Assembly (NCBI GenBank): GCA_041742135.1
Contig: JBGSJG010000001.1
Location: forward strand, 67,151 to 131,150
DNA length: 64,000 nucleotides
Origin: Patescibacteria group bacterium
GTDB lineage: Bacteria; Patescibacteriota; Microgenomatia; UBA8517
Direction: 5' to 3'
This document shows, in pieces, positions 1-11,308 of this stretch. The position numbers and the translations under genes were made by a program. Numbering within the stretch: the stretch's first letter is position 1; each line of letters starts with the position of its first letter. The notes beneath the pieces are model-generated. The model searched no databases, had not been told where the DNA came from, and saw only the letters and a program-made list of their open reading frames with translations.

Positions 1-1119
1 TTTTTTAGCGCGGACATCTGGACTTCCGACGTTGTATGGCAAATTGTATGGAGAGTTTTCTTTTCGACTTTAGCGCTAAGCTTATTAACTATCTATGCCG
101 CCTCCAAAATGCCGCATGCGTTTGCTTCTCCCATAGATATCATCGCGTCGAAGACAAGATGGCTTCTTTCGCCGTTTGCAATATTAAGCATTACTCTTAG
201 TGTCATTTTGAGCCTATTTTTAATTATTCAGGTAAAATTTTTGGGGGTTAACACCCTAAACGACCTGACGGCTTTTGGAATCCCTACCTTTTCTGAATAC
301 GTACGGCGCGGTTTTTTTGAACTATTATTTGTCACATTTATTGTCTATGGAGTGTCGGGTGCGGGCCTAGTTCTTTATCGAAATAATAAAGCAAGCAAGA
401 TTCATTTGTATACTAATTCTTTGCTAGTGGTTTTAAATATTCTTTTGGCAGCCTCAGCCCAAAGAAGAGTTCAGCTTTACACTCTTGAGCACGGGCTTAC
501 TCACATGCGAATTTACGGGACGATGTTTTTGTGGATTATTGTTTTACTTCTCGTTACGCTCCTTGCAAGGTATATTATCAAAACTCAAAAACTTCATCTT
601 ATTGAACTTGTTGGAGGAAGCCTCATTGTCCTACTCTTTTCTGTGGCCAATACAGATTATATTTTGGCACACATATCTCCACCCACGGTTAACCGCGAAG
701 TGGATTATAACTACTTGGCCCGTCTTTCAGCAGACGAAGCAGCTACTTGGATAGACGTAATCGAAACGGCCCAAAAAGAAACATTGCCACTTTTGTCACG
801 CGAGGCCCTAACAAGCGAGGAAAAAATAAAAATTGTTCGCACTAGCTGGGCCGTAAATAATGTATATTCTTCAATCGGCAGATTATCTTCTAAATATGGC
901 CCAGAAAGTGAGTCTGATCTGTTTTCTGATTACAATTTTTCTCGATATAAAAAATATACGATTTTGGATTACAACATAAGTGAAGCCAAGGCTTATCAAC
1001 TGGTAAAGGAGCGAACTAACTTCTCAGAACTAAAAGAGTCAAGAAAAGCATTCGAAGACGCAGCTATGAGCCCACGCGTTTACGATTCATTGCCTCGGGA
1101 CATTTATCAGTTTAACTAA
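1..1119 (+). CDS. DUF4153/DUF4173-like multi-pass membrane protein, 5' end outside the window
   Basis: Frame is open from base 1. Motifs FSEYVRRGFFELLFV, RRVQLYTLEHGLTHMR and VDYNYLARLSADEA; many TM segments. Confidence 0.75.
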   Translation, partial: FFSADIWTSDVVWQIVWRVFFSTLALSLLTIYAASKMPHAFASPIDIIASKTRWLLSPFAILSITLSVILSLFLIIQVKFLGVNTLNDLTAFGIPTFSEYVRRGFFELLFVTFIVYGVSGAGLVLYRNNKASKIHLYTNSLLVVLNILLAASAQRRVQLYTLEHGLTHMRIYGTMFLWIIVLLLVTLLARYIIKTQKLHLIELVGGSLIVLLFSVANTDYILAHISPPTVNREVDYNYLARLSADEAATWIDVIETAQKETLPLLSREALTSEEKIKIVRTSWAVNNVYSSIGRLSSKYGPESESDLFSDYNFSRYKKYTILDYNISEAKAYQLVKERTNFSELKESRKAFEDAAMSPRVYDSLPRDIYQFN

Positions 1120-1123
1120 ACGC

Positions 1124-1603
1124 TTACCACCTGAAGTGAGAAAATGCTCGGTTGGCTTCTGCGATGCGCTCCATCTCTTCGCGCTTTTTAACAGCTCCGC
1201 CTTCATTTTTAACAGCTTCCATAATTTCAGCTGCGAGTTTTTCAGCAAATGTATGATACTGAGAATTAGACCTTCCTCGTGCAGCTTCAATTAACCAACG
1301 AATCGCCAAACTGTCTTGTCGTGGCCCTCGAACTGGAACAGGTACCTGATAAGCCGCACCACCGACACGGCGGGGGCGAACTTCCATTGATGGGCGAATT
1401 ATTCCTATTGCCTCGTGGAATACTTCTAGTGGCTCGCGACCAAGCTCTTTTTTGATAAGCTCAAAAGCTCCATAAACCTGAGATTGTGTTACAGATTTTT
1501 TGCCATCATACATGGCTCGATTTATAAGTTTTGAGACCAAAATATCTTTATAAACTGGATCTTTTTGAACTTTTCTTTTTCTTGCTGGTCCTCGTCTTGG
1601 CAT
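1124..1603 (-). CDS. rpsG: 30S ribosomal protein S7
   Basis: MPRRG..., RRVGGAAYQVP, AEANRAFSHFRW. Confidence 0.99.
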   Translation of the reverse strand: MPRRGPARKRKVQKDPVYKDILVSKLINRAMYDGKKSVTQSQVYGAFELIKKELGREPLEVFHEAIGIIRPSMEVRPRRVGGAAYQVPVPVRGPRQDSLAIRWLIEAARGRSNSQYHTFAEKLAAEIMEAVKNEGGAVKKREEMERIAEANRAFSHFRW

Positions 1604-1605
1604 AT

Positions 1606-2052
1606 TTAATTAGCTGCTGCAACTGGCGCTGCGGCTGCTCCTCCTCCTTCTCTTTTGGCTCCATAGCGCGATCTGGAAGTCTTTCTTCCTACCACGCCTT
1701 TAGTATCAAGCTTTCCACGAACAACTTGGTAACGAACTCCTGACAAATCTTTTACGCGCCCGGCACGAACCACAACAACCGAGTGCTCAGCCAAGTCATG
1801 GCCTTCTCCCGGGATATAAGCCGTAATTTCTTGTTTATTTGATAACCTGACACGAGCAACTTTGCGAAGTGCCGAATTAGGTTTTCTAGGAGTCATTGTG
1901 CGCACTGCCAAAACAACTCCGCGCTTAAAAGGAGATGAAATGGTTTTGAATTTTCTGTCTTTTGCACTAAACCAGCGCTTGAGAGCCGCGGCTCGCGCCT
2001 TCTTTTTGACGTCTTTTCTACCTTTTCTAACTAGTTGTGATGCTGTTGGCAT
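1606..2052 (-). CDS. rpsL: 30S ribosomal protein S12
   Basis: [37 protein letters not shown]. Confidence 0.99.
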   Translation of the reverse strand: MPTASQLVRKGRKDVKKKARAAALKRWFSAKDRKFKTISSPFKRGVVLAVRTMTPRKPNSALRKVARVRLSNKQEITAYIPGEGHDLAEHSVVVVRAGRVKDLSGVRYQVVRGKLDTKGVVGRKTSRSRYGAKREGGGAAAAPVAAAN

Positions 2053-2054
2053 AA

Positions 2055-5000
2055 TTATATTCTCAAACTGGCTCGCTCAGCGTCTACTGGGATGAGTCGG
2101 CCGATTATAACATTTTCTTTGAGGCCTAGTAACTTGTCCTTTTTACCCATGAGAGCTGCGTTGGCCAAAATGTCCGTTGTTTGCTCAAAGCTGGCTGCTG
2201 ACAACCAACTGCTGGTATAAAGTGCACGGCGGGTAATACCCAAAACTGTCTGGCGCGCGCTCGCCGGCTCTCCACCCGCGGCAAGTACTGCTTCGTTGTC
2301 TTCTTCAAAAGTTGCCTTCTCAACTTGATCTCCAGGCAAAAGGGAAGAGTCACCCGCTGTTGTGATTTTGACTTCATCGCTCATCTTTCTGACCATGACC
2401 TCAAAATGGCGGTCGTTAATCGAAATTCCCTGTGATTCGTAAACAGTCTGCAGTTCACGGACCAAATATTCCTGAGCGGCTTTGAGTCCTCTGATTTGAA
2501 GGATTTCTTTAATATCCAAAAATCCACTTGCGAGCTGAGTTCCTGCGGGTATTAACTGGCCTTCTTCAACCAAAAGTTTGCTGGTTTTAGGAATCATATA
2601 TTCGCGCTCTTCGGCTGGCTTGGTTTCAGTACCGATAAGCTTTACGTTCCAACCATCTTCCAGCTCTTCAATTGCAATCTTGCCTGCAATATCAGAAAGT
2701 GGCGAGAGTGATTTTGGAATTCTAGCCTCAAAAAGCTCCTCGACACGAGGCAAACCTTGGGTAACGTCAACACCGATAACTCCTCCAGAATGCTTGGTTC
2801 TCATGGTCAACTGAGTGCCTGGCTCGCCGATTGACTGAGCTGCGACAACTCCAACTGGAACTCCAATTTCGACGTCTTTTTTGGTAGACAAATCCCAACC
2901 GTAACACTTGGTACAAACACCATACCTAGACTTACAAGTAAGCGGTGAGAAAATTGAAACTGACTCTATTTCGGGAACTTCCCCAATCGCTTTTGCCATT
3001 TTCTCTGTGATAATTTCGCCTTTTTTGGCCAAAACTTCTTTACCATTTACCACATCAGCCGCGGCATAACGGCCCATCAAACGATCAGAAAATGCCTTAG
3101 CTCGCTCAGCTCGATAGATGACCAAAGATTCCTCTGTCTTACAATCAACCTCGCGAACCAAAACGTCGTGGGAAACGTCAACCAAGCGGCGAGTCAAATA
3201 CCCCGCGTCTGCGGTCTTTAGAGCCGTATCGGTCAAACCCTTACGAGATCCACGTCCGCTGGCGACGTATTCGAATACCGAAAGTCCTTCGCGGAAGTTA
3301 CTCTTAACAGGCAATTCGACAATTTTTCCGAGAGGATCCGTCACAAGTCCTCGCATACCCGCCAACTGCTTGATCTGATCGCGCGATGTACGACCGACTT
3401 TTGCATCAATAACCATTCTGACTGGACCATTTGGATCCACAAGCTCCCAAGTGCTGTCGGCAATTTGCTCTGTTGTCTCAATCCAGATAGCTTGAACCAA
3501 GCGTTTCTTTTCTTCGTTTGTAATTAAGCCCTGAGCAAAATTTGTTTCGATGACCGCTGCGCGCTCGTTGGCGGCTTCGATCATTTTGTTCTTTTCAGGA
3601 TGAACCTGAGCGTCGGAAATACCGAAGGAAAGCCCAGAAAGTGTGCCTCCCACAAATCCAATGTCCTTAATGTCGTCAATAAGCTGGATAACACGGTCAT
3701 GCTCGACTCGGCTGAAAGATTCGTCGACCAAGCCTTTGATAAGCCCTGAGTCCACGTTTTGGTTCACATAAGTGAATCCCTCGGGCAAAATTTCATTAAA
3801 CAAAATGCGGCCGACTGTAGTGTCAATTACTTTGCTGCCAATCCTTACACTTATGGTCTGGCGAATTCTGATCTTGCCAACCTGATAAGCAATAATCGCC
3901 TCGCGAGGTCCATAAAAGACAGTGTTGTGTGCTGGGATCTTATCATCCAAGCTTGTAAAGTAATAAACTCCCAAGGCAATTTCTTTTGATGCAGGAGCGG
4001 TCATTGGAACACCGCTTGCGGGGGATAATAAATTGCGATCAGAAAGCATCAAATCACGGGCTTCTTCGATAGCTTTGGTGGAAAGTGGCAAATGAATAGC
4101 CATTTGATCTCCATCAAAGTCTGCATTGTAGCCCTTACAAACTGCTGGATGGATTCGAATTGCGCTTCCTTCAATCAAAACCGGATAGAAAGCTTGAATA
4201 CCAAGTTTATGTAAAGTAGGTGCACGATTAAGCAAAACCGGGTGATTTTTGGTAATTTCTTCCAAAATATCAAACACCTCCGGCGGTCGCCTCTCGAGCA
4301 TGTTCTTGGCGGACTTCACATTTGGCGCAATACCTCGAGTAATCATTTCGCGAAGCACAAATGGCTTGGCAATTTCAAGCATCATGTCTTTTGGAATACC
4401 ACACTGGTTAAGCTTAAGCTCTGGTCCAACAACGATGACTGAACGTCCGGAATAATCCACGCGCTTACCCAAAAGATTTTGGCGGAATCGGCCTTGTTTA
4501 CCCTTGAGCATGTCTGACAGTGAGCGAAGCGGCTGCCTGCCTCGGCCACGGCGAGTGGCTTTTCTTTGCGATGCGTCAATCAATGAGTCCACTGACTCCT
4601 GAAGCATGCGCTTTTCATTACGCAGAATAATCTCAGGAGCACCAAGATTAATTAAGTGCTTTAGACGATTGTTGCGATTTATTACTCGGCGATACAAATC
4701 ATTCAAATCGCTTGTAGCAAAGCGTCCACCCGAAAGCTGAACCATAGGTCGAAGGTCAGGTGGCAAAACTGGCAATACTTTGATTACCATCCAAGCTGGG
4801 CTGGTTTTGGCAAGGCGCATGCCATCAACAATCTTTAACCTCTTGGTAAGTTTTAGGTACCTTGCTCCTCGACCTTTAATTGTGTCGATTTCAGATCTAA
4901 CTGACTTGGCTTCCTCATCCAAATTAAGCTTCTCCAAGCCTTCCAAAAGTGCTTCGGCGCCCATTTTTACGGTTACGAAGTCGGAAACTCCATAATTTGC

Positions 5001-8000
5001 TAATTGATCATATTCTTCCTCAGTCAAAAAGCCGTGAGGCTTAACGTCTTTGACAATCGAGCTAAGCTTGCCAAAAAGCTCGTCTGTCTTTTCCCCCGTT
5101 GAGCGCTCTTCTTCGTTTAATGCGGTAATGCGCTTTCTGGTATCAAGCTCCACCTCAGACAAAGCCAAAGCTAACTGATCTTTGTCCTTAGTTCTATTTT
5201 TAACTTTCTCTTCCCTCTCTTTAGCATCAGTTAAAGTCAATTCTCTCTTCTCCTTGTAAGACTGCTTAGATTCGATCGATTTATCAGCACGGATCTTTTC
5301 AAGCGTCTTCATAGCATCTTTTCTGCCATCAACATCGACCGACATGACAAAATATCTTGCAAAATACACAACTTGCTCAACAGCACGAGGAGGCAAATCC
5401 AAAAGCAAAGAAATCTTGCTTGGAGCGCCTTTAAAGTACCAAACGTGTGCAACTGGAGCTGCTAAAGAAATGTGCCCCATTCGCTCGCGTCGTACTCGGG
5501 ATTCTGTGACTTCTACTCCACACTTGTCGCAAACTACGCCTTTATAGCGAATTCTCTTGTACTTTCCACAATAACATTCCCAATCCTTGGTAGGCCCGAA
5601 AATACGCTCATCAAAAAGACCGTCTTTTTCTGGCTTGAGAGTTCGATAATTAATCGTTTCAGGCTTTACCACTTCACCGCGTGACCATGCTCGAATGTCC
5701 TCAGGTGAGGCAAGTTTGATCTGAAGCGAAGTTACATCTTCCAAATTGCGAAGCTGCATCAAAGGATCCGTGTGCTTTTTGTTTGCATCCTGTTTCGAAG
5801 CTTGCTCGCCTTCTTGTACTTCTTCGCCTTCAATTACAGTCTCGGCTGCAGCGACACCTTCAATATTGATCGCCAAGCCCAAAGAATTAAGTTCACGAAT
5901 TAATACTTTAAAGCTTTCAGGAACTTTTGCTTCAGGAATAGGTTCGCCTTTCACAATTGCGCCGAATGCCTGAGCACGGCCGACGATATCGTCAGACTTG
6001 ATAGTCAACATTTCCTGAAGAGTATGGGATGCGCGATGAGCTTCAAGTGCCCAAACTTCCATCTCCCCAAGTCTCTGGCCTCCCATTTGGGCTTTTCCAC
6101 CCAAAGGCTGTTGCGTAACGAGAGAATATGGCCCGGTCGAACGAGCGTGAGTTTTATCCTCAATCATGTGCTTAAGCTTGAGGATATATCCAATTCCTAC
6201 AACGGTTTTTTCTTCAAAGGCCTGACCGGTCTTTCCATCATAGAGCTGGACCTTACCGTCACCTGGAAGACCAACGCTCTCGAGTTCTTTTGAAATAATA
6301 TCTTCAGGAATTTCGTCAAAAACTGGAAGCGCACCTTTTTGGCCTTTTTTGCTCAAGGCCCAACCCAAATGTGTTTCCAAAAGTTGTCCCAAATTCATAC
6401 GTGCCAAAACGGAAAGAGGAGAAATTATAAGATCCACCGGAGTACCATCTTCCAAGTAAGGCATGTCTTCAGTTGGCATGATCTTGGCGATAACACCTTT
6501 GTTTCCATGTCGACCTGCGAGTTTGTCTCCAACGCTGACTTTGCGAAGCTGAGCTACTTTAACAACAACGCTCTTCATAACGCCAGGCCCGAGCTCGTCG
6601 CCATGGTCTTTATCAAGTATTGTTACGTCAACTACAATTCCACCTTCACCATGAGGAACTCGAAGTGAAGTATCGCGAACTTCACGGGCTTTCTCTCCAA
6701 ATATTGCGCGAAGAAGTCGCTCTTCTGAGTTAAGCTCAGTTTCCCCTTTTGGAGCGATCTTGCCTACCAAAATATCATTCGGGCCAACTTCGCTTCCTAC
6801 AACCACAATTCCATCTTCGGCCAAGTTTGAAAGTTCCATTTCAGCAACATTAGGAATATCTCGAGTGAGCTCTTCAGGCCCGAGCTTGGTCTCAACCATG
6901 TCTGCTTGGTATTCCTTAATGTGAATTGAAGTCAAAAGATCATCTTTTACCAAGCGGTTAGAAACCAAAATAGCATCTTCAAAGCCGTACCCACCGTAGT
7001 TTGCATAAGCCACAACTAAGTTTTGACCCAAGGCAAGTTCCCCGCCTTCGCAAGCAGGTCCATCAGCCAAAAGATCGCCTTTTTTAACTTCCTGGCCACT
7101 AATAACTCTAGTCTTTTGATTATAAGAAGTGGATTGCGCAGTACGCTTAAACTTACTTAGTGTGTAGGTCGCCTTATCACCTTTTTCCGAAATCTCAACC
7201 AAATCTGTACTTGTTTGCTCAGTCGGCTTGGCGAGTTTAATCTCAATTTTGTCTGCATCTGAATAACTTACTACTCCGTCATAATCGCTTCTTATTACGC
7301 GTCCCATTGCGCCAGCAACCGTGGCCTCCATTCCAGTTCCCACAACTGGAGCACCCGGATTAACCAAAGGAACAGCTTGGCACTGCATGTTGCTACCCAT
7401 GAGTGCACGGTTACCTTCATCGTGTGACAAAAATGGAATCAAAGATGCGGAAGCACCAAAAACTTGTCTTGGTGAAATATCTACATAATCAAGAAGGGTT
7501 GCGCTTCCTTCCAAAAACTCTCCGCGAAGCCTATAAGGTACGCGATCAGCTGTAATAAACCCCTTCGCGTCCACCGGAACATTGCTATGACTGATGTGAG
7601 CCTCTTGATCGTCGTCTGCCGTCATGTAAACAATTTCATCAGTGACACGGACTGATGTTTTACCATTTTTCTCAATCTTCTCGACTTTTTTGTATGGAGT
7701 TTCCAAAAATCCATACTCATTTACTCGGGCATAAAGCGCAAGATATGTAACAAGTCCGATGTTTGGCCCCTCGGGAGATCTGACTGGATCGATTCGGCCG
7801 TACTGAGAAGAATTGATGTCGCGAATTGAAAAACTTGCGCGCTCACGATTAATTCCGCCGGGTCCCAAAACCGAAACACGCCTTAAGTTGTCAATTTCTG
7901 AAAGTGGATTAGTATCGTCAAGAATTGTAGAGAGCTGATTGGATCTAAAAAACTCATTAATAGCAGCAACCAATGGTCTGGCGTTAATCAAACTTTGAGG

Positions 8001-9083
8001 CATTGGCTTGTCATCTGGAGAAATTAAACTCATTTTCTCCTTCACCGAACGCTCAAGCCGGAGTAAACCAACGCGGAAAGCGTGGGTCGCAACTAATTCG
8101 CCAACTCTCCTAAGCCTACGATTAGAAAGATGGTCAATATCGTCAATGTGGCCTTCACCATTTTGAAGACCAATCAAATATTGAAGTGTGGCAACCACAT
8201 CTTCACGAGTCAAAATCCATGTTTCTTTCTGGTTGGCAAGTGTAAGCTTTAAGCGTTTGTTGATTTTGTACCTTCCTACGCGTCCGAGGTCGTATCTTCG
8301 TGCGTCAAAAAACAAACTGGTAAAAAGTGTCTCGGCATTGTCAATAACTGCCGGCTCCCCAGGACGAAGCTTTCTGTAAATCTCCAAAAGTGCCTCTTCA
8401 CGAGTAGCAGTGTTGTCTTTTTCGATCGTTTTGGCAATATACTTGTGGTTTTCATCACGATCGACCCCAGCGAAGACTTCCTCCATCTGCTTCTGGGAAA
8501 CTCCCAAAGCACGAAGGAGTGTTGCGGCGTTTACTTTTCGTCTCTTGTCGATTCTGGCCGAAATTACGTCGGCGCGAGAAATCTCAAATTCAAGCCATGA
8601 ACCATGTAAGGGGCGGACTTCAGCTGTGTGAAGAAGTCTTCCGGAAGAGCGATCCCGGCTCCCAGCAAAATAAATACCAGGAGAGCGCACAATTTGGTTA
8701 ATGACTGCTCGCTCGATGCCGTTTATGACAAATGTTCCAGAAGAAGTCATTTGTGGAATATTTCCAAAAAAGACTTCTTGGTCGACTGATTCTCCTGTGC
8801 GCTTGTTGATTAAAGTTGTATTAATCTTAAATGGTGCAGAAAAAGTTAGACCCTTTTCTAAAGCGAACTTCGGAGAATTTTTAGGAGCTTCTAGGGTATG
8901 TTCCCCTAAAATAAGCTGCCAATTTTTACCTGTAAAATCGTCAATTGGGGTAATTTGGGCAATTTCCTGAGAAATTCCCTCGGTTAAAAACCAATCCCAG
9001 CTGTCTCTTTGAACCAACGCAAGATCAAGTTTGGGGAGATCTTTTTCATCTTTTCCAAAGTTTCTTCGTTGTGCTTTAAGCAT
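2055..9083 (-). CDS. rpoBC: Fused DNA-directed RNA polymerase beta-beta' subunit (2342 aa)
   Basis: RpoB motifs ([25 protein letters not shown]) continue in frame into RpoC motifs ([39 protein letters not shown]) with no stop. Confidence 0.97.
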   Translation of the reverse strand: MLKAQRRNFGKDEKDLPKLDLALVQRDSWDWFLTEGISQEIAQITPIDDFTGKNWQLILGEHTLEAPKNSPKFALEKGLTFSAPFKINTTLINKRTGESVDQEVFFGNIPQMTSSGTFVINGIERAVINQIVRSPGIYFAGSRDRSSGRLLHTAEVRPLHGSWLEFEISRADVISARIDKRRKVNAATLLRALGVSQKQMEEVFAGVDRDENHKYIAKTIEKDNTATREEALLEIYRKLRPGEPAVIDNAETLFTSLFFDARRYDLGRVGRYKINKRLKLTLANQKETWILTREDVVATLQYLIGLQNGEGHIDDIDHLSNRRLRRVGELVATHAFRVGLLRLERSVKEKMSLISPDDKPMPQSLINARPLVAAINEFFRSNQLSTILDDTNPLSEIDNLRRVSVLGPGGINRERASFSIRDINSSQYGRIDPVRSPEGPNIGLVTYLALYARVNEYGFLETPYKKVEKIEKNGKTSVRVTDEIVYMTADDDQEAHISHSNVPVDAKGFITADRVPYRLRGEFLEGSATLLDYVDISPRQVFGASASLIPFLSHDEGNRALMGSNMQCQAVPLVNPGAPVVGTGMEATVAGAMGRVIRSDYDGVVSYSDADKIEIKLAKPTEQTSTDLVEISEKGDKATYTLSKFKRTAQSTSYNQKTRVISGQEVKKGDLLADGPACEGGELALGQNLVVAYANYGGYGFEDAILVSNRLVKDDLLTSIHIKEYQADMVETKLGPEELTRDIPNVAEMELSNLAEDGIVVVGSEVGPNDILVGKIAPKGETELNSEERLLRAIFGEKAREVRDTSLRVPHGEGGIVVDVTILDKDHGDELGPGVMKSVVVKVAQLRKVSVGDKLAGRHGNKGVIAKIMPTEDMPYLEDGTPVDLIISPLSVLARMNLGQLLETHLGWALSKKGQKGALPVFDEIPEDIISKELESVGLPGDGKVQLYDGKTGQAFEEKTVVGIGYILKLKHMIEDKTHARSTGPYSLVTQQPLGGKAQMGGQRLGEMEVWALEAHRASHTLQEMLTIKSDDIVGRAQAFGAIVKGEPIPEAKVPESFKVLIRELNSLGLAINIEGVAAAETVIEGEEVQEGEQASKQDANKKHTDPLMQLRNLEDVTSLQIKLASPEDIRAWSRGEVVKPETINYRTLKPEKDGLFDERIFGPTKDWECYCGKYKRIRYKGVVCDKCGVEVTESRVRRERMGHISLAAPVAHVWYFKGAPSKISLLLDLPPRAVEQVVYFARYFVMSVDVDGRKDAMKTLEKIRADKSIESKQSYKEKRELTLTDAKEREEKVKNRTKDKDQLALALSEVELDTRKRITALNEEERSTGEKTDELFGKLSSIVKDVKPHGFLTEEEYDQLANYGVSDFVTVKMGAEALLEGLEKLNLDEEAKSVRSEIDTIKGRGARYLKLTKRLKIVDGMRLAKTSPAWMVIKVLPVLPPDLRPMVQLSGGRFATSDLNDLYRRVINRNNRLKHLINLGAPEIILRNEKRMLQESVDSLIDASQRKATRRGRGRQPLRSLSDMLKGKQGRFRQNLLGKRVDYSGRSVIVVGPELKLNQCGIPKDMMLEIAKPFVLREMITRGIAPNVKSAKNMLERRPPEVFDILEEITKNHPVLLNRAPTLHKLGIQAFYPVLIEGSAIRIHPAVCKGYNADFDGDQMAIHLPLSTKAIEEARDLMLSDRNLLSPASGVPMTAPASKEIALGVYYFTSLDDKIPAHNTVFYGPREAIIAYQVGKIRIRQTISVRIGSKVIDTTVGRILFNEILPEGFTYVNQNVDSGLIKGLVDESFSRVEHDRVIQLIDDIKDIGFVGGTLSGLSFGISDAQVHPEKNKMIEAANERAAVIETNFAQGLITNEEKKRLVQAIWIETTEQIADSTWELVDPNGPVRMVIDAKVGRTSRDQIKQLAGMRGLVTDPLGKIVELPVKSNFREGLSVFEYVASGRGSRKGLTDTALKTADAGYLTRRLVDVSHDVLVREVDCKTEESLVIYRAERAKAFSDRLMGRYAAADVVNGKEVLAKKGEIITEKMAKAIGEVPEIESVSIFSPLTCKSRYGVCTKCYGWDLSTKKDVEIGVPVGVVAAQSIGEPGTQLTMRTKHSGGVIGVDVTQGLPRVEELFEARIPKSLSPLSDIAGKIAIEELEDGWNVKLIGTETKPAEEREYMIPKTSKLLVEEGQLIPAGTQLASGFLDIKEILQIRGLKAAQEYLVRELQTVYESQGISINDRHFEVMVRKMSDEVKITTAGDSSLLPGDQVEKATFEEDNEAVLAAGGEPASARQTVLGITRRALYTSSWLSAASFEQTTDILANAALMGKKDKLLGLKENVIIGRLIPVDAERASLRI

Positions 9084-9164
9084 GAGGTAATATTTGGCCT
9101 TTTGTACGCAAAAACTCGCCCCGTGAGAAGCGAGACTAGCCTACATTTAGTACGCCTATAGGGC

Positions 9165-9192
9165 AGTATATAAGAAAATAGCAATTTGTCAA
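9165..9192 (-). promoter_or_regulatory. sigma70-type promoter for rpoBC-rpsL-rpsG
   Basis: Minus strand TTGACA-16 nt-TATACT about 80 nt upstream of the rpoBC ATG; the leader contains hairpin CTCGCTTC-TCAC-GGGGCGAG. Confidence 0.65.
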
Positions 9193-9199
9193 CAGCTTC

Positions 9200-10123
9200 T
9201 TAACTGCGAGATTTAAGATGGTCAGGCAGGCAACCATTAAGAGCATCACCGGCATCCCGGACTGAAGGCTGTCCATTTTTAGATACTAAATAATAATGGT
9301 CGTTCATCTCTGGCGCATAGCCACCTGCCGTTATGCCTCCAAAAATTTCAAGCTCGCGCATAGCCTCAAGCGCAAAGAGAGAGCCTTTGTGGCTAGTGAC
9401 AACATTCCATATATCGACCCGTCGCGGGACAATGCCTTTGTGTCTAAGATATGTTAAGTTGGCCACAACTGAGGCGAACGTAGCTCCTGCTGGGTCTGGA
9501 ATTATCACGTCTGCTCCGTCAAGTTGCTTCATCTGCCGAGGCTCAAAATATGATATCCCGATACCGATATCTCCTGGCGTTTCTCCCTTGAGTGGTAACC
9601 TTTTTGTTTGAATTAAAACCTGATCTGTGTACGATACTCCAACCATTTCCCCGGCCACAAGTCCGGCTCTTACTAAACCCAAAACACGCGCGTCTTGGGG
9701 CCTAAAGCCAGATCTCTCAGCAATAGATCTGAAAATATGCTGATTATGACGGTAATACTCGCTACATGCTTTTGGATCCCCATAGAAATCCGTCGTAGCA
9801 ATGTCTGAGATACAAGCAACGGCCTCCTTAATAGTGGGATCGACAAACTCAAGAATAGATATACCTTCAGGTGGTGGGTTATTGAGACCCCATTGATCCT
9901 CTTCGCTAACTCTTGTGCTCTTCATTCCTTTGGCCACGAAAGTGCCACCAAAATTAACAACAACATCAAAGTCACGAGGGCCATGGTACGATTCTTCAAC
10001 TCTGTCAGAAACATCTAGCTTCTCACCATTTTGAGAGGTTTCAATTATTACTTTATGTTCACCCAATAAAACCTCTTCTTGATTTATCCCACTCGTATAA
10101 TGGTAGATATCTGGGTTTGCCAT
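9200..10123 (-). CDS. Divergent type I phosphoribosyltransferase, UPRTase-like
   Basis: LVRAGL, PRPP-loop-like VIIPDPAGATFAS, and C-terminal EMNDHYYLV...VRDAGD resemble Upp (LRAGL, DPMLATGGS, LN..GYI.PGLGDAGD). Start placed at ATG 10123 to avoid overlap. Confidence 0.7.
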   Translation of the reverse strand: MANPDIYHYTSGINQEEVLLGEHKVIIETSQNGEKLDVSDRVEESYHGPRDFDVVVNFGGTFVAKGMKSTRVSEEDQWGLNNPPPEGISILEFVDPTIKEAVACISDIATTDFYGDPKACSEYYRHNQHIFRSIAERSGFRPQDARVLGLVRAGLVAGEMVGVSYTDQVLIQTKRLPLKGETPGDIGIGISYFEPRQMKQLDGADVIIPDPAGATFASVVANLTYLRHKGIVPRRVDIWNVVTSHKGSLFALEAMRELEIFGGITAGGYAPEMNDHYYLVSKNGQPSVRDAGDALNGCLPDHLKSRS

Positions 10124-10133
10124 GTTGTTAAAT

Positions 10134-11204
10134 TTATCCTTGACAGATCGTAAACGGCGGCCAATGGCCAAGACGGTTCCACCTATCAACTATTTCTCGT
10201 CTCTTTCTTCCGACCTCAGTATTGTCTTCCGGTACCAATCTGGTCCAGTCTTTTACATTTCCTACACCCAATCTGCCGTCTTCTGTACGCATGGCACCTT
10301 TTCCGTCAATGATAGGGAAAAGGCCTCCAACGTACATTTGGCCACCATTTTCAACACTGTTGGGTTTTGTGTTATTGTGGAACGCTTGCATTGCATATCT
10401 TGTCGCCGCCAAACCGATCGCATGGGGAGCTTTAAAGATCACACTATCACCATATCTTTCAGCCCAATTACGCAGTATTTGCATCGTCGCTCTCGCGGTG
10501 CTTCCCGTAGCAAAAGTATCATCAACCAGCAAGACTCTGCCGAATAGACTAGGAATATTACCTAAACGACCACCTATGTAAACCTTACCCTTTGGTGTAA
10601 CTATTCGCTTGGTTTCAATACATGCCCTCATGTATTCGTTAGGTGCTATTCCTGAGTCTTCCATGGCAAGCTCAACGACAGCTTGCGGAAAAAGTCCACC
10701 TCCCAGAGGGAAAACAAAAAGCATATCCCCCCTAGAAAAAATTTCAGGATCAGCTTTTTGTGCATCGCTTATAAATTCACTCGCAACATGCTTTAAGACT
10801 AAAGCCGCGTTCTCTTGATAAAGTGCCCGTTGTTCCGGATCACTACTATTCCCGTCGTTGGCAAGCTGCGTGAGTGTCGATAAACTCTGATTTATCTCTT
10901 GTGCAGCCTGCTCCTGCTCAGGCTTTTCTGCTATCTGAAGCACGGTTCCATGCTCAGTAGTCCTTCGATCGCCAAGACCCATATCCGCCTGACTCCCGAG
11001 CATTGCATCTGCCGAAGGAAAACGAAATCTGCAGTCATAATAACTTTCTTCTCCAACTAGTGGCGGCTCCTTTAAAACAATCCCCATTCTGCCAGGAACA
11101 CTATCAGATTTAACTATCTTATGATCTTTTTTTCTGATTAACCCCGCAATTCTTTCTATCATTTCAAAAAAAGAGCCTTTCGGCTCTATTTCCCTCCTTT
11201 CCAA
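10134..11204 (-). CDS. Second divergent type I phosphoribosyltransferase
   Basis: PRPP-binding motif VLLVDDTFATGST; FPLGGG; IETKR parallels IQTKR in the neighbour. Start codon uncertain. Confidence 0.65.
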   Translation of the reverse strand: MERREIEPKGSFFEMIERIAGLIRKKDHKIVKSDSVPGRMGIVLKEPPLVGEESYYDCRFRFPSADAMLGSQADMGLGDRRTTEHGTVLQIAEKPEQEQAAQEINQSLSTLTQLANDGNSSDPEQRALYQENAALVLKHVASEFISDAQKADPEIFSRGDMLFVFPLGGGLFPQAVVELAMEDSGIAPNEYMRACIETKRIVTPKGKVYIGGRLGNIPSLFGRVLLVDDTFATGSTARATMQILRNWAERYGDSVIFKAPHAIGLAATRYAMQAFHNNTKPNSVENGGQMYVGGLFPIIDGKGAMRTEDGRLGVGNVKDWTRLVPEDNTEVGRKRREIVDRWNRLGHWPPFTICQG

Positions 11205-11308
11205 TGTTGCTTACGTTTACGCACTAGGAAAAACTTTAAACTTATCCCTGAGGTTCTTCAACGATATTGGTCACTTACTGAAGCCATTGATTGATATATA
11301 ATTATCTT

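Noticed and set aside
2126-8970. Many 60-110 aa alternative-frame and antisense ORFs inside rpoBC (likewise inside pnp, dnaK, ftsK and alaS)
   Set aside because: Shadow ORFs fully overlapping well-supported genes, with no recognisable motifs.
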